Of a stretch of 32,000 bases of DNA, positions 1-8,661 are shown one piece after another (the first letter of the stretch is position 1; every line of letters begins with the position of its first letter). The stretch lies in the NCBI GenBank assembly GCA_047651235.1, contig CP178758.1, forward strand, positions 2,940,001 through 2,972,000, written 5' to 3'. The translations under genes and the position numbers were made by a program. Below the pieces are notes generated by a model. The model saw only the letters and a list, made by a program, of their open reading frames with translations, was not told the DNA's origin and searched no databases. Origin of the DNA: Candidatus Electrothrix yaqonensis (GTDB lineage: Bacteria > Desulfobacterota > Desulfobulbia > Desulfobulbales > Desulfobulbaceae).

Positions 1-185
1 TGACAGACTTTCTGAAGATCCGAACAATGCGGCATAGTGACCACCCTGTATTACGGTATTACAGCATGACGGCAGTAAGAGATCCGCCTCATATTTTTAT
101 CGCCGGGAGGTGCAGACGGAACAAAAACGTTCCGAAAAAACAAACCTATCCCCGGTCAACTGTATCAATCTGCATCAGCTTATAA

Positions 186-719
186 TCACTTTATATCAAC
201 CACAACCTGGTCTTTCTCCGCATGTTCGGAAAACAACACATCCACCCGCTCCGATGCCTCGGCCCGGATGCAGGTTCCAGTATAATCCGGCTGGATCGGC
301 AGCTCACGCCCACCCCGATCAACCAGAACAGCCAGCTGAATGGCGCGGGGCCGACCGTAGTCCATGATTGCATCCAGAGCAGCCCGGATCGTCCGACCGG
401 TAAACAGGACATCGTCCACCAGAATCACGGTCTTGTCCTCGACGCTGAAATTGATATTCGTCTTCCGGACAATGGGATTCTGCGAAACCAGACTCCAGTC
501 ATCCCGATACAGGGTGATATCCAAGCTGGCCACAGGCAGCTCTTTCTGCTCGTGCGCGACGATTTTTTCCAGCAGACGGTCGGCCATGCACACGCCTCCC
601 GTGTGAATGCCGATAAGGGCCAATCCCTCAATCCCCTGGTTCCGCTCAAGGATCTCCAAGGTCAACCGCTCAAGGCTGCGCTGCATAGCAGCACTGTTCA
701 TAACAATCCGACCGGACAT
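186..719 (-). CDS. pyrR: Bifunctional pyrimidine regulatory protein / uracil phosphoribosyltransferase PyrR
   Basis: ORF 186..725. PRPP-binding loop VILVDDVLFTGRTIRAA and a PyrR-like N-terminus (LERLTLEILERNQG, LIGIHTGG). The track start at 725 is TTG. The ATG at 719 lies 6 nt after a GAGG and 2 nt after the purN stop, so I prefer 719. Confidence 0.9.
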   Translation of the reverse strand: MSGRIVMNSAAMQRSLERLTLEILERNQGIEGLALIGIHTGGVCMADRLLEKIVAHEQKELPVASLDITLYRDDWSLVSQNPIVRKTNINFSVEDKTVILVDDVLFTGRTIRAALDAIMDYGRPRAIQLAVLVDRGGRELPIQPDYTGTCIRAEASERVDVLFSEHAEKDQVVVDIK

Positions 720-721
720 CT

Positions 722-1297
722 TCAACCTCGGTTCCAGAAATAATCAATACCTTTTTCATCCACCAAGTTAATGGCTTCCGGAAAGGCCTCGCACTCTTTG
801 GCAAACACCTTGTCTGCAATATCATCAGGCGTATCCGCATCATCCAGCGGAACACATTTCTGCAGGATAATCGGGCCGTCATCATATACGTCATTGGCAA
901 AATGCACCGTACAACCGCTGACCGTACAGCCTTTGGCCTTCACCGCCTCATGGACATGATGGCCGTAAAATCCTGGACCGCAGAATGACGGAATCAGGGC
1001 AGGATGAATATTGAGGACCTGCCGCTTCAGTGCTTCCGGCGGTTCATACAGCTTAAGATACCCGGCAAGGGCGATCAGGTCGATATCATATTCAGCCAGA
1101 ATGCTGTTTATTGCCGGATTCCCGACAGCATGAAACGCCGGATAACCGTATTTCTTTGCCTTTTCCAGCCCTAGGGCATCGCCGACATTGGAGATAACCA
1201 CCTGAATTTCAGCCTGCAGCCTTCCTGCCTGAATACATTCATGAAAATTATCCAAGGTTCGGCCGGAACCTGAGAGCAGTACTGCCATTTTCCGCAT
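722..1297 (-). CDS. purN: Phosphoribosylglycinamide formyltransferase PurN
   Basis: 191 aa. N-terminal VLLSGSGRTL, NIHPALIPSFCG and GCTVHF motifs typical of GAR transformylase. GGAG lies 6 nt upstream of the ATG at 1297. Confidence 0.9.
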   Translation of the reverse strand: MRKMAVLLSGSGRTLDNFHECIQAGRLQAEIQVVISNVGDALGLEKAKKYGYPAFHAVGNPAINSILAEYDIDLIALAGYLKLYEPPEALKRQVLNIHPALIPSFCGPGFYGHHVHEAVKAKGCTVSGCTVHFANDVYDDGPIILQKCVPLDDADTPDDIADKVFAKECEAFPEAINLVDEKGIDYFWNRG

Positions 1298-1326
1298 ACA
1301 CTTCTCCTCTGCGCTCTGTCCTGAGC

Positions 1327-1956
1327 CTACTGGCCATCAAAATAGAGATTACCGTCAACATCCACCTTAGTCAGCCAGTCGGCAATGGCGGTATCATAGG
1401 CTGATGTCAGCTGAAACACCTTGACCGCCAGTCTAAACCGGGTCTTCAGGGTAGTATTGCCGGTTGCTCTGATCTCGGCAAGCACCTGGTCATAATCAGC
1501 AGGATCAACAATAACGGTTACATCCCGGAAATTTTTTGCCGAGGCCCGGAGCAGAGTGGGGCCACCGATATCGATATTTTCGATAGCGTCCGCCAGGCTG
1601 CAGTTCGGGTCAGCCACGGTCTTTTCAAAGGCATAGAGATTGACCGCCACGATATCAATAGGTTTGATCCCGTGCTCGGCGCATTGCTGCTGATGATCGG
1701 CGTTTTCCCGCTGATTGAGGATACCGCCGTGCACCAGAGGGTGCAGGGTCTTGACCCGGCCGTCAAGCATTTCCGGAAACCCGGTGAACTCGGACACATC
1801 GGTCACGGCAATGCCGTTGTCGCGCATTTTCTTGGCGGTTCCGCCGGTTGATAGAATTTCAACGCCCAACTCTGTCAATGCTCTGGCAAAGTCTTCAATA
1901 CCGGATTTATCGGTCAGACTGATTAATGCCCGCTCTACCTTATTCACTATTATCAC
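1327..1956 (-). CDS. purH: Stand-alone IMP cyclohydrolase (PurH N-terminal MGS-like domain only)
   Basis: 209 aa matching the PurH IMPCH domain ([45 protein letters not shown]). The ORF stops before any AICAR transformylase domain. The start codon is GTG. Confidence 0.85.
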   Translation of the reverse strand: MIIVNKVERALISLTDKSGIEDFARALTELGVEILSTGGTAKKMRDNGIAVTDVSEFTGFPEMLDGRVKTLHPLVHGGILNQRENADHQQQCAEHGIKPIDIVAVNLYAFEKTVADPNCSLADAIENIDIGGPTLLRASAKNFRDVTVIVDPADYDQVLAEIRATGNTTLKTRFRLAVKVFQLTSAYDTAIADWLTKVDVDGNLYFDGQ

Positions 1957-2023
1957 CTTATCTCATGTTCTTGAATCATATATACCTTCCGGAACGTTTC
2001 GAGCCTGTCGCCCGCCTTCCAGA

Positions 2024-2893
2024 TTATTTCCTGCCTTTCCCGATGGCTTCTATTTCCTCCACAGTCAGCCCTGTCTTCAGCGCGATTGTGGGAGTATCCA
2101 GCACATCAATCAGATTTGTTGCTATCTGGAGCGCCTTCTGTTTTTCCCCTTTCCGTATGCCGCAATAATAGGAGGAATGCAGCATACTCGCCTGATAATG
2201 CAGATCTTCCTGATACCGTTCGTATGCAAGCCGTTCCTGCTCGGAGAGTTTCATAATATCAAGTACCTGCTTGGCCTTTCTCAGTCCTCTGGCCTGAAAA
2301 TCCTCTCTGATTTCCTCATGTTTCAGAAAGTAAATCCACTCATCCAGACTGTCCCTGGCAACATCGTCAAAGCGATTGACCTTGATCAGGTAATATTCAG
2401 GAAAGAGCCGGAAAAGTTCCTTCCTGTCGTACAGTTCCTGCTGTTCTTCAGAAAGCTGCAGAAGATCTTCGTAATGCAGGCCTCTGAAAGAAGTTGAGCC
2501 GTAATAGACGTAATCCTTTCCCTGACCGAGATCGAAATACAGGATACTGACCGAGATGACTTTAACGATCTCCGCATAGGGCTTCCCTTCCTGAAAATGT
2601 TCCGTTATTGTCTTTGCAGTGCCGAACAGAATGCGCTGCATATAATCCAGTTCCCGATCATACTGCACTTCAATAAGAATAATTTCATCCTCTCGGTTCC
2701 GGACCTTGAGATCGACTCGGTTGAACTTGTCACCGGGATTTTCTTTATTGCTTTCACTCTCCAGAATTTCGACAATTCGGATGTCATCTCTGAGCAGCTC
2801 GCTGAGAAAGCCTTCAAGAATTTCAAAATTGGCCTTGCTCCGCAGGAGCTTTTTCATGGCCCAGTCAAAACTGACCAGCTTTCTTTGCGCCAT
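2024..2893 (-). CDS. Rpn-family recombination-promoting nuclease / PD-(D/E)XK nuclease-family putative transposase
   Basis: 289 aa. The N-terminal pattern FDWAMKKLLR...FNRVDLKVRNREDEIILIEVQY (D...E-x-Q nuclease core) and a helical C-terminal tail are typical of the PDDEXK_2/Rpn family. GAGGGCGG SD before the ATG. Confidence 0.8.
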   Translation of the reverse strand: MAQRKLVSFDWAMKKLLRSKANFEILEGFLSELLRDDIRIVEILESESNKENPGDKFNRVDLKVRNREDEIILIEVQYDRELDYMQRILFGTAKTITEHFQEGKPYAEIVKVISVSILYFDLGQGKDYVYYGSTSFRGLHYEDLLQLSEEQQELYDRKELFRLFPEYYLIKVNRFDDVARDSLDEWIYFLKHEEIREDFQARGLRKAKQVLDIMKLSEQERLAYERYQEDLHYQASMLHSSYYCGIRKGEKQKALQIATNLIDVLDTPTIALKTGLTVEEIEAIGKGRK

Positions 2894-2913
2894 TTTCCGC
2901 CCTCAGCCCTCTC

Positions 2914-3321
2914 CTATCTCTTACGCAGAAACTCCCGGATTTTCCGGCGGTCCCGCTTATCCGGTTTGCCTTCCGGCCGGGCAGCAGATGCCCGGATCAA
3001 ACGCCGCTCTTCACGAGCTGCAGTACGCCGGGCCAGGGAGTCCTCTGTTTCCTCATACAGGGTGGCGGCGATTTTTGCCGGACCGCGTCGGCTGCTCAGG
3101 GCCAGAATATTGACGATATATTCCTCATGGCCCCGCTGTATCCGTAGCTGTTCTCCCGGATGGACAGAACGGGATGGTTTGACCCGCTTGCCGTTCAGAT
3201 GAACATGCCCGCCGCTGACCGCCTTTGCAGCAAGGGAGCGGGTTTTAAAAAACCGGGCTGCCCACAGCCATTTGTCGATGCGGACCGGATTTTCCTGAGC
3301 CTGAGTTTTGCTGCTGTTCAT
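2914..3321 (-). CDS. hslR: Ribosome-associated heat shock protein Hsp15 (S4 RNA-binding domain)
   Basis: 135 aa. S4-domain signature VRIDKWLWAARFFKTRSLAAKAVSGGHVHLNG and a basic C-terminal tail. GAGGAG SD. Confidence 0.8.
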   Translation of the reverse strand: MNSSKTQAQENPVRIDKWLWAARFFKTRSLAAKAVSGGHVHLNGKRVKPSRSVHPGEQLRIQRGHEEYIVNILALSSRRGPAKIAATLYEETEDSLARRTAAREERRLIRASAARPEGKPDKRDRRKIREFLRKR

Positions 3322-3397
3322 GCCGTTCTCCTCAGCAGAGGTATTGTCTGATCATTCCGTTCCCAGCTTGCCTGCGCTTTTTTTTCACGCACAATCA

Positions 3398-3413
3398 GAT
3401 AATAAAATTTATC
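3398..3413. promoter_or_regulatory. Possible Fur/Zur-family operator (GATAATAAAATTTATC)
   Basis: GATAA-N6-TTATC inverted repeat in an AT-rich core, located in the divergent hslR/folE2 intergenic region. It resembles GATAAT-type Fur-family boxes. folE2 is a classical Zur-regulon gene in other bacteria. Confidence 0.25.
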
Positions 3414-3462
3414 CCAAAGTGCAAGAGAACTAAGAAAACTGCACGTTCATTTTTTCAGACAG

Positions 3463-4329
3463 GTGTACGTTATTGGCTTATCTGTACCGGAAAAATATGG
3501 TAATAATGCGTACCCGCTGTCCGGGCAAGACAAATCAACACGGCATCGTGAAAAATATACAACAGTATCCATGAACCTACATTCCGTCGGCATAAAACAT
3601 TTTACCTGTCCGGTTTCCTTACGGGAACAGCACGGCTCCATGCAGCATACCGTGGCCGAAATCAATCTGCAGGCAGCTTTGCCACATCGCTTCAAAGCGT
3701 CCTGCCTTGAGATCTTTACCGGCATTCTTGCCCGATATCAGCAGGACATGCATTCCAGAGTATTTCCGCAGCTCCTGCAGGAAGTGCAGGCCAGTCTCCG
3801 GGCGGAGCAGGCGGAACTGGAAATGCGGTTCCCCTATTTTATCGCCAAGCAGGCTCCTGTCACCGAGACCTGCAGTCTGATGGAATATGCCTGCTCCTTT
3901 ACCGGCAGTACAGCGACCGGTGCACATCAGCTATTTCTGCAGGTTGCTGTTCCTGTCACCACGCTCTGCCCCTGCTCCAGGGAAATCAGTGAACAGGGAG
4001 CGCATAATCAGCGGGCCGAGGTGACCCTGACCGTTCAGCAGCTGCGTTTCATCTGGCTGGAGGAACTGATCAGACTGGTTGAGGAATGCGGTTCCTGCGA
4101 ACTCTATGCCCTGCTCAAACGGCCGGACGAAAAATTTGTGACCGAGGCCGCCTATGCTAATCCCATGTTTGTGGAGGACGTTGCCCGGATGGTGGCCCAA
4201 AAGGCCCATGATCATCCGAACATAGGGTGGTTCTCCGTGGGGGTGGAGAGCTTTGAATCCATCCACAAACACAGCGCCTACGCCTATATCGACAGCGATG
4301 ATATTGAAGAAAAAACGATTAGGGAGTAG
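3463..4329 (+). CDS. folE2: GTP cyclohydrolase I type 2 (FolE2 / GTP cyclohydrolase IB)
   Basis: Diagnostic CPCSREISEQGAHNQR motif, plus LLKRPDEKFVTEAAYANPMFVEDVAR and ESFESIHKHSAYAY. The start is uncertain: GTG at 3463 (track) or ATG at 3571 (MNLHSVGIK...). Confidence 0.85.
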   Translation: MYVIGLSVPEKYGNNAYPLSGQDKSTRHREKYTTVSMNLHSVGIKHFTCPVSLREQHGSMQHTVAEINLQAALPHRFKASCLEIFTGILARYQQDMHSRVFPQLLQEVQASLRAEQAELEMRFPYFIAKQAPVTETCSLMEYACSFTGSTATGAHQLFLQVAVPVTTLCPCSREISEQGAHNQRAEVTLTVQQLRFIWLEELIRLVEECGSCELYALLKRPDEKFVTEAAYANPMFVEDVARMVAQKAHDHPNIGWFSVGVESFESIHKHSAYAYIDSDDIEEKTIRE

Positions 4330-4391
4330 CCCGCTGCAGGTAACTCAGATAGGTGTCTCTTTCTGATCATTCTTCCGCAGTTCCCATTCGC

Positions 4392-5852
4392 TTACTGATC
4401 AATGCCGCCGAGACAGAGATATTTCAGCTCCAGATACTCCTCAATACCGTACTTCGATCCTTCCCGGCCGATACCGGATTCTTTGACCCCGCCGAATGGG
4501 GCTGATTCCGTGGACATGATCCCGGTGTTGACCCCGACCATACCGTATTCCAGGGCCTCGGATACCCGCCAGCATCGGCCTGCATCACGGCTGAAGAAAT
4601 AGGACGCCAGGCCGTAGGGGGTATCGTTGGCCAGAGCAATCGCCTCTTCTTCCGTGGAAAAGGAGAACAACGGCGCCACCGGACCAAAGGTCTCCTCATG
4701 GGCAATCTTCATCTCCGGGGTCACATCGAGCAGGATGGTGGGTTCAAAGAAAAAACCGGTTTCACCGAGCCGGTTGCCCCCGCAGCCGAGGCGGGCTCCT
4801 TTAGCCAGGGCATCCTGAATCTGATCCTCCACCTTCTGTACCGCGTTCAGATCAATCAGCGGCCCCTGATTGACCCCTTCATCAAAACCGTTACCCACCC
4901 TGAGCTGTTCCTGCACCGCCTGAATCAATTTTTCCGCAAAGACATCGTAAACGCCTTCCTGGACAATCAACCTGTTGGCACAGACACAGGTCTGGCCGGA
5001 GTTCCGGTATTTCGAGGCAATCGCTCCGGTCACGGCCTCATCCAGATCTGCATCGTCAAAGACGATAAAAGGGGCATGTCCTCCCAGTTCAAGCGAAATC
5101 TTTTTGACCGTGTCCGCACATTGCCGCATCAGCATCTTGCCGATCCCGGTGGAGCCGGTAAAGCTGAGTTTACGGACAACAGGGCTTTCCGTTAACATGC
5201 CGCCTACTTCTGCAGCCGGGCCGGTCACCACATTGAACACGCCCGGCGGTATGCCGGCTTCCTGAGCAAGTTTGGCCAGAGCCAGAGCAGAAAACGGCGT
5301 CTGCGCCGCCGGTTTGACCACCACTGTACACCCGGCGGCCAGTGCAGGGGCTGCCTTCCGGGTGATCATGGCGGAAGGGAAATTCCACGGCGTAATGGCT
5401 GCGCAGACCCCGACCGGCTGTTTCAGAACGACAATCCGTTTGCCGGGCTGGGCCATAGGGATGGTATCCCCATACACCCGTTTTGCCTCTTCAGCAAACC
5501 ATTCCACAAAACCGGCACCGTACAGCACCTCACCCAGCGATTCCGCCAGCGGCTTTCCCTGCTCGGCCGTCATAATCGCTGCCAGATCATCCTGATGCGC
5601 AATAATCAGGTCATACCAGCGGCGAAGATATCGGGCCCGTTCATGGGCTGTACGGTTTCTCCAAGCAGGCCATGCTGCTTCAGCCGCCTCCACTGCCTGC
5701 AGGGTTTCTTCTTTACCAAAGGAGGGTACTGTGCCGACCAGCTCATTATTTGCCGGATTATATACATGAATGCCTTCCCGGTCCGGCGCATCAAGCCACT
5801 TTCCGGCAACAAAGCATTGGCTGCAGAGCAGCTCTTTATTTTTTAAATGCAT
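4392..5852 (-). CDS. gabD: NAD(P)+-dependent succinate-semialdehyde dehydrogenase (aldehyde dehydrogenase family)
   Basis: 486 aa. ALDH motifs LELGGHAP (catalytic Glu) and GQTCVCANR (catalytic Cys). The N-terminal region is GabD-like (NPANNELVGTVP..., RYLRRWYDLI). Confidence 0.85.
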   Translation of the reverse strand: MHLKNKELLCSQCFVAGKWLDAPDREGIHVYNPANNELVGTVPSFGKEETLQAVEAAEAAWPAWRNRTAHERARYLRRWYDLIIAHQDDLAAIMTAEQGKPLAESLGEVLYGAGFVEWFAEEAKRVYGDTIPMAQPGKRIVVLKQPVGVCAAITPWNFPSAMITRKAAPALAAGCTVVVKPAAQTPFSALALAKLAQEAGIPPGVFNVVTGPAAEVGGMLTESPVVRKLSFTGSTGIGKMLMRQCADTVKKISLELGGHAPFIVFDDADLDEAVTGAIASKYRNSGQTCVCANRLIVQEGVYDVFAEKLIQAVQEQLRVGNGFDEGVNQGPLIDLNAVQKVEDQIQDALAKGARLGCGGNRLGETGFFFEPTILLDVTPEMKIAHEETFGPVAPLFSFSTEEEAIALANDTPYGLASYFFSRDAGRCWRVSEALEYGMVGVNTGIMSTESAPFGGVKESGIGREGSKYGIEEYLELKYLCLGGIDQ

Positions 5853-6135
5853 AAAACAACCTGATATACCATAGAAAATAAAAAGACGAACTCAGCAGAG
5901 ACCGCCACCGCGTAAGATAAAAGAGCACTGTTTTTTACTGGCAAAAAAAGAAAAGATGGCCGATAATTCAGAGAGAAATTCCTAAACAGAATATATTCTC
6001 AGACCACGTTATCCAGCAGTAATTCAGTAATTTCTGCCAATGCATGTCAGGCGTGTCAGTTTCTGCTGAGGCAACCGGCAGACAGACTCTATACTCTGCA
6101 CAGTTTTGTGCCGGAAAAAGACTTGAAAAGAAAAA

Positions 6136-6528
6136 ATGGCCTCAGCAGCGCAGAAAATCAGAACATATCTCCCAATTGAAATTACGGCGCAGGATACGAT
6201 GACCGGTACTGTCCTAGCCGGGCCGCTTGCGGGAAGAATCTTTGATCTTGCAGGAAACCGGGCTTCTCTGCTGATGGGGCGGATCATGCATAAACATTAC
6301 CACTTTTTCTATTCCACGCAGGAACGCCCCGGACGCCGTCTGCAGCTATCTGTTGATCTGCCGCCGGATATCAGGGGGATCATCATTCCGGTCAGGCCGA
6401 AGTGGTTCAACATCCTCCAGCAGGGACAGATCCGAAACTTTGTTCTGGGCATTGAATTTTTACCGGATGTCGGAGAAAAACAACGAAAAGAACTGCTGAC
6501 TGCTGTCAACCTGTACCGAAAAAGCTGA
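6136..6528 (+). CDS. Hypothetical protein, PilZ-like beta-barrel (degenerate c-di-GMP motifs)
   Basis: 130 aa. Layout resembles PilZ: KIRTYLPIEI, then GRIFDLAGNRASLL, then LQLSVDLP...VLGIEFLP. The RxxxR and DxSxxG motifs are both imperfect. The call rests on pattern only. Confidence 0.45.
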   Translation: MASAAQKIRTYLPIEITAQDTMTGTVLAGPLAGRIFDLAGNRASLLMGRIMHKHYHFFYSTQERPGRRLQLSVDLPPDIRGIIIPVRPKWFNILQQGQIRNFVLGIEFLPDVGEKQRKELLTAVNLYRKS

Positions 6529-6544
6529 AGCTGATGAAGCTGAA

Positions 6545-8137
6545 CTAAGGGTGCCGATATATGCCTCTGCTGTTATTTTTTTCTCTGCCCAGCACACTGA
6601 AGGTCGGCACAGAGTACTGCACCCCCTTGAGAACCATTTTTCCCACATCTTTTAAGCGGATCCGTCGGTCAAGTTTCTGTTCATGCAGGTGCGCACGCAC
6701 TTTGTCGGTAATATATATCCCGGAGGAAGTTGCCTTTGAGGCCAGCCGTTGGGAGATATTCACCTCCGTGCCGATCACCGTATAATCCAGCCGCCTGGCG
6801 GATCCCACATTGCCCATGAACATTTCGCCGCGGGTGATCCCGAATCCCACATCAAGGCTGGTAAAAAACGGATTCCGGCCTTGCCATTCCTTTTTCAGTA
6901 CGGAAAAACGCTCCCGGATGGCAAGCGCTGTTTCTATCGCAGTAAACGAGGCATTATCCAGCTCGATCAACGCGCCGAATACCGCCAGCACTGCATCGCC
7001 CATGAATTTATCCACTGTACCGCGGTATTCAAAAATAGTCTCGGTAAACAGCTGAAAAAATTCATTCAGAAATTCCCGCAGAACCTGCAGGGGTACTTCC
7101 TGTACCATGCCGGTAAAATTACGTATATCCGCAAAAAGAACCGTTGCATCCTTGACTTCACCGAGATCGGTGGTCAGGTCGGCATCACTGGCAAGCAGCA
7201 CTTCCGCCACTTCCGGGGCAACATACTGCTCCAGCAGGGCCTGCAGCCGGGCCTCCTGGGCAATAGACTCAAATGCATGGACATTTTCTACGGCCAGAGC
7301 GGCCTGGGTACTGAAGATGCCGAGAATTTCAATGTCAGAATCTGCAAAGCGGATATCCCCGTCCGTATAACTGACATTAAGGACTCCGAGAATTTTGTCG
7401 CGCACGATCATGGGAAAGGAAACCGCCGAGACAATCTCAGGCCGCTTGAGCAGATCGGCAAAGCGCGAATCACCTTGGGTTTCCTGATTCAGAATAACCG
7501 GGGTACGCTCCTGAAAAACCCGGCCGGCAATTTTATCACCAGGCTTGATTCTGATCGCATCGATCATCTCTTCCGGGATGCCACGCGAAGCCGCAATGCG
7601 CAGCACCCCTTCCCCCTCATCATAGAGCATCACCGACAGGCTGTCCGCTGCAGTCTGATCGCTGATCACATTGAGCAGACTTTCGAGCACATCATGTTCA
7701 CTGGTCGAGGACATAAAATGCTCTCCCAGACCGTACAAAGGAAGCAGGGTACGAAGACGGGCATTTTCCTCGCGCAGGGCAGCTGCCTCCATAGCCTTGG
7801 CAACCTTGTTCCGCATCTGATCAGGATCAAACGGCGGTGAGAACATACCGGAGAAACCGCTGTCCATTGCTGCCGGGCACAGTTCAGCAGCGTCCTCCTG
7901 ATCCACGATCAGAAAACCGAGCAGCCCGGGACGGGCTACCCGCAGCGTTTCGAAAACCTCGATGCCTGTTGTCCCGGATAACTTCTGAACAGCCAGAACA
8001 ACCCTGACCGGCTGATGGTCGCATATATTCGAAGCCTCATATGCAGCACACCAGTCCACATCATAGTCATCTAATATTTCAGTTACCTGCTGACACAGTT
8101 CAGTGTCATCTGCAATCAACAGGACATCCGGCAGCAT
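6545..8137 (-). CDS. Receiver-like domain / GAF / class III adenylate-guanylate cyclase
   Basis: 530 aa. N-terminal CheY-like fold (LLIADDTELC), a central GAF-like region, and a C-terminal class III cyclase (VLFADIRNFTG, GTVDKFMGDAVLAVFGA, GNVGS). AGGAG SD. Confidence 0.9.
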   Translation of the reverse strand: MLPDVLLIADDTELCQQVTEILDDYDVDWCAAYEASNICDHQPVRVVLAVQKLSGTTGIEVFETLRVARPGLLGFLIVDQEDAAELCPAAMDSGFSGMFSPPFDPDQMRNKVAKAMEAAALREENARLRTLLPLYGLGEHFMSSTSEHDVLESLLNVISDQTAADSLSVMLYDEGEGVLRIAASRGIPEEMIDAIRIKPGDKIAGRVFQERTPVILNQETQGDSRFADLLKRPEIVSAVSFPMIVRDKILGVLNVSYTDGDIRFADSDIEILGIFSTQAALAVENVHAFESIAQEARLQALLEQYVAPEVAEVLLASDADLTTDLGEVKDATVLFADIRNFTGMVQEVPLQVLREFLNEFFQLFTETIFEYRGTVDKFMGDAVLAVFGALIELDNASFTAIETALAIRERFSVLKKEWQGRNPFFTSLDVGFGITRGEMFMGNVGSARRLDYTVIGTEVNISQRLASKATSSGIYITDKVRAHLHEQKLDRRIRLKDVGKMVLKGVQYSVPTFSVLGREKNNSRGIYRHP

Positions 8138-8276
8138 ACGAAAGAAACTCCTGGAAAAAATAAAAATAATCGTTAAGCAGGGCTGTTCCCCGCATCAGTC
8201 TGCTTTACCTCATAACGGAAAAGAGTTTGTGTCCATTTTACCATCGGCTTCCTGACAAGGCAACAATAGTGATTGT

Positions 8277-8537
8277 TTATTCTTTTTTATTGCAGAGCTC
8301 CGGCCCTGATCCCCTGCTTTCCGAGGCGCAGATGAAAGCTCCGACAAGAACGCCGGACAGAGTGGCTATCGCCATAAATTCCTGCGGCATCTGGTCACCA
8401 GCCTCCAGATGAAGAAGTTCCTGCCTCAACTGCGGCAGTACAAATGCTGCGATCGAACAGCATTTCCCCCAGAAACTGGCCGTCAAGAAAACCAAGGAAG
8501 ATGCTGCAGCCACGTTATCAGAAAGAGCGTCGTCCAT
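8277..8537 (-). CDS. Hypothetical small protein with two hydrophobic segments
   Basis: 86-aa ORF in the 520-bp gap between glgX and the cyclase gene, on the same strand as both. No SD and no recognisable family, so the call is weak. Confidence 0.25.
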   Translation of the reverse strand: MDDALSDNVAAASSLVFLTASFWGKCCSIAAFVLPQLRQELLHLEAGDQMPQEFMAIATLSGVLVGAFICASESRGSGPELCNKKE

Positions 8538-8661
8538 GTCGGCGCGGGCGGGGAGACAGTTTTTCTGCGGGATTTCGTGCCCGGAAGAACTCCGGTTGCT
8601 GTACCAATTCTTATCCTGATTGTTGATCAGGATGGCTTCCTGCCCATAAATTCACTTTTTT

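Noticed and set aside
117-134. Hairpin CGGAAC-aaaaac-GTTCCG downstream of pyrR
   Set aside because: The stem is only 6 bp, and the U-run would lie 5-prime of the stem on the pyrR transcript with no trailing U-tract. It is not a convincing terminator on either strand.
1715-2497. 260-aa ORF on the + strand
   Set aside because: It overlaps the IMP cyclohydrolase and Rpn-family genes on the opposite strand and has no motifs.
6749-7840. 363-aa ORF on the + strand
   Set aside because: It is entirely antisense to the well-supported receiver-GAF-cyclase gene. The sequence is low-complexity, rich in Arg/His/Gln/Gly, with no motifs. This is a typical shadow ORF in GC-rich DNA.
8613-8633. Hairpin ATCCTGAT-tgttg-ATCAGGAT just after the glgX stop
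   Set aside because: The stem is AT-rich and there is no U-tract in the glgX transcript orientation. It is too weak to call a terminator.
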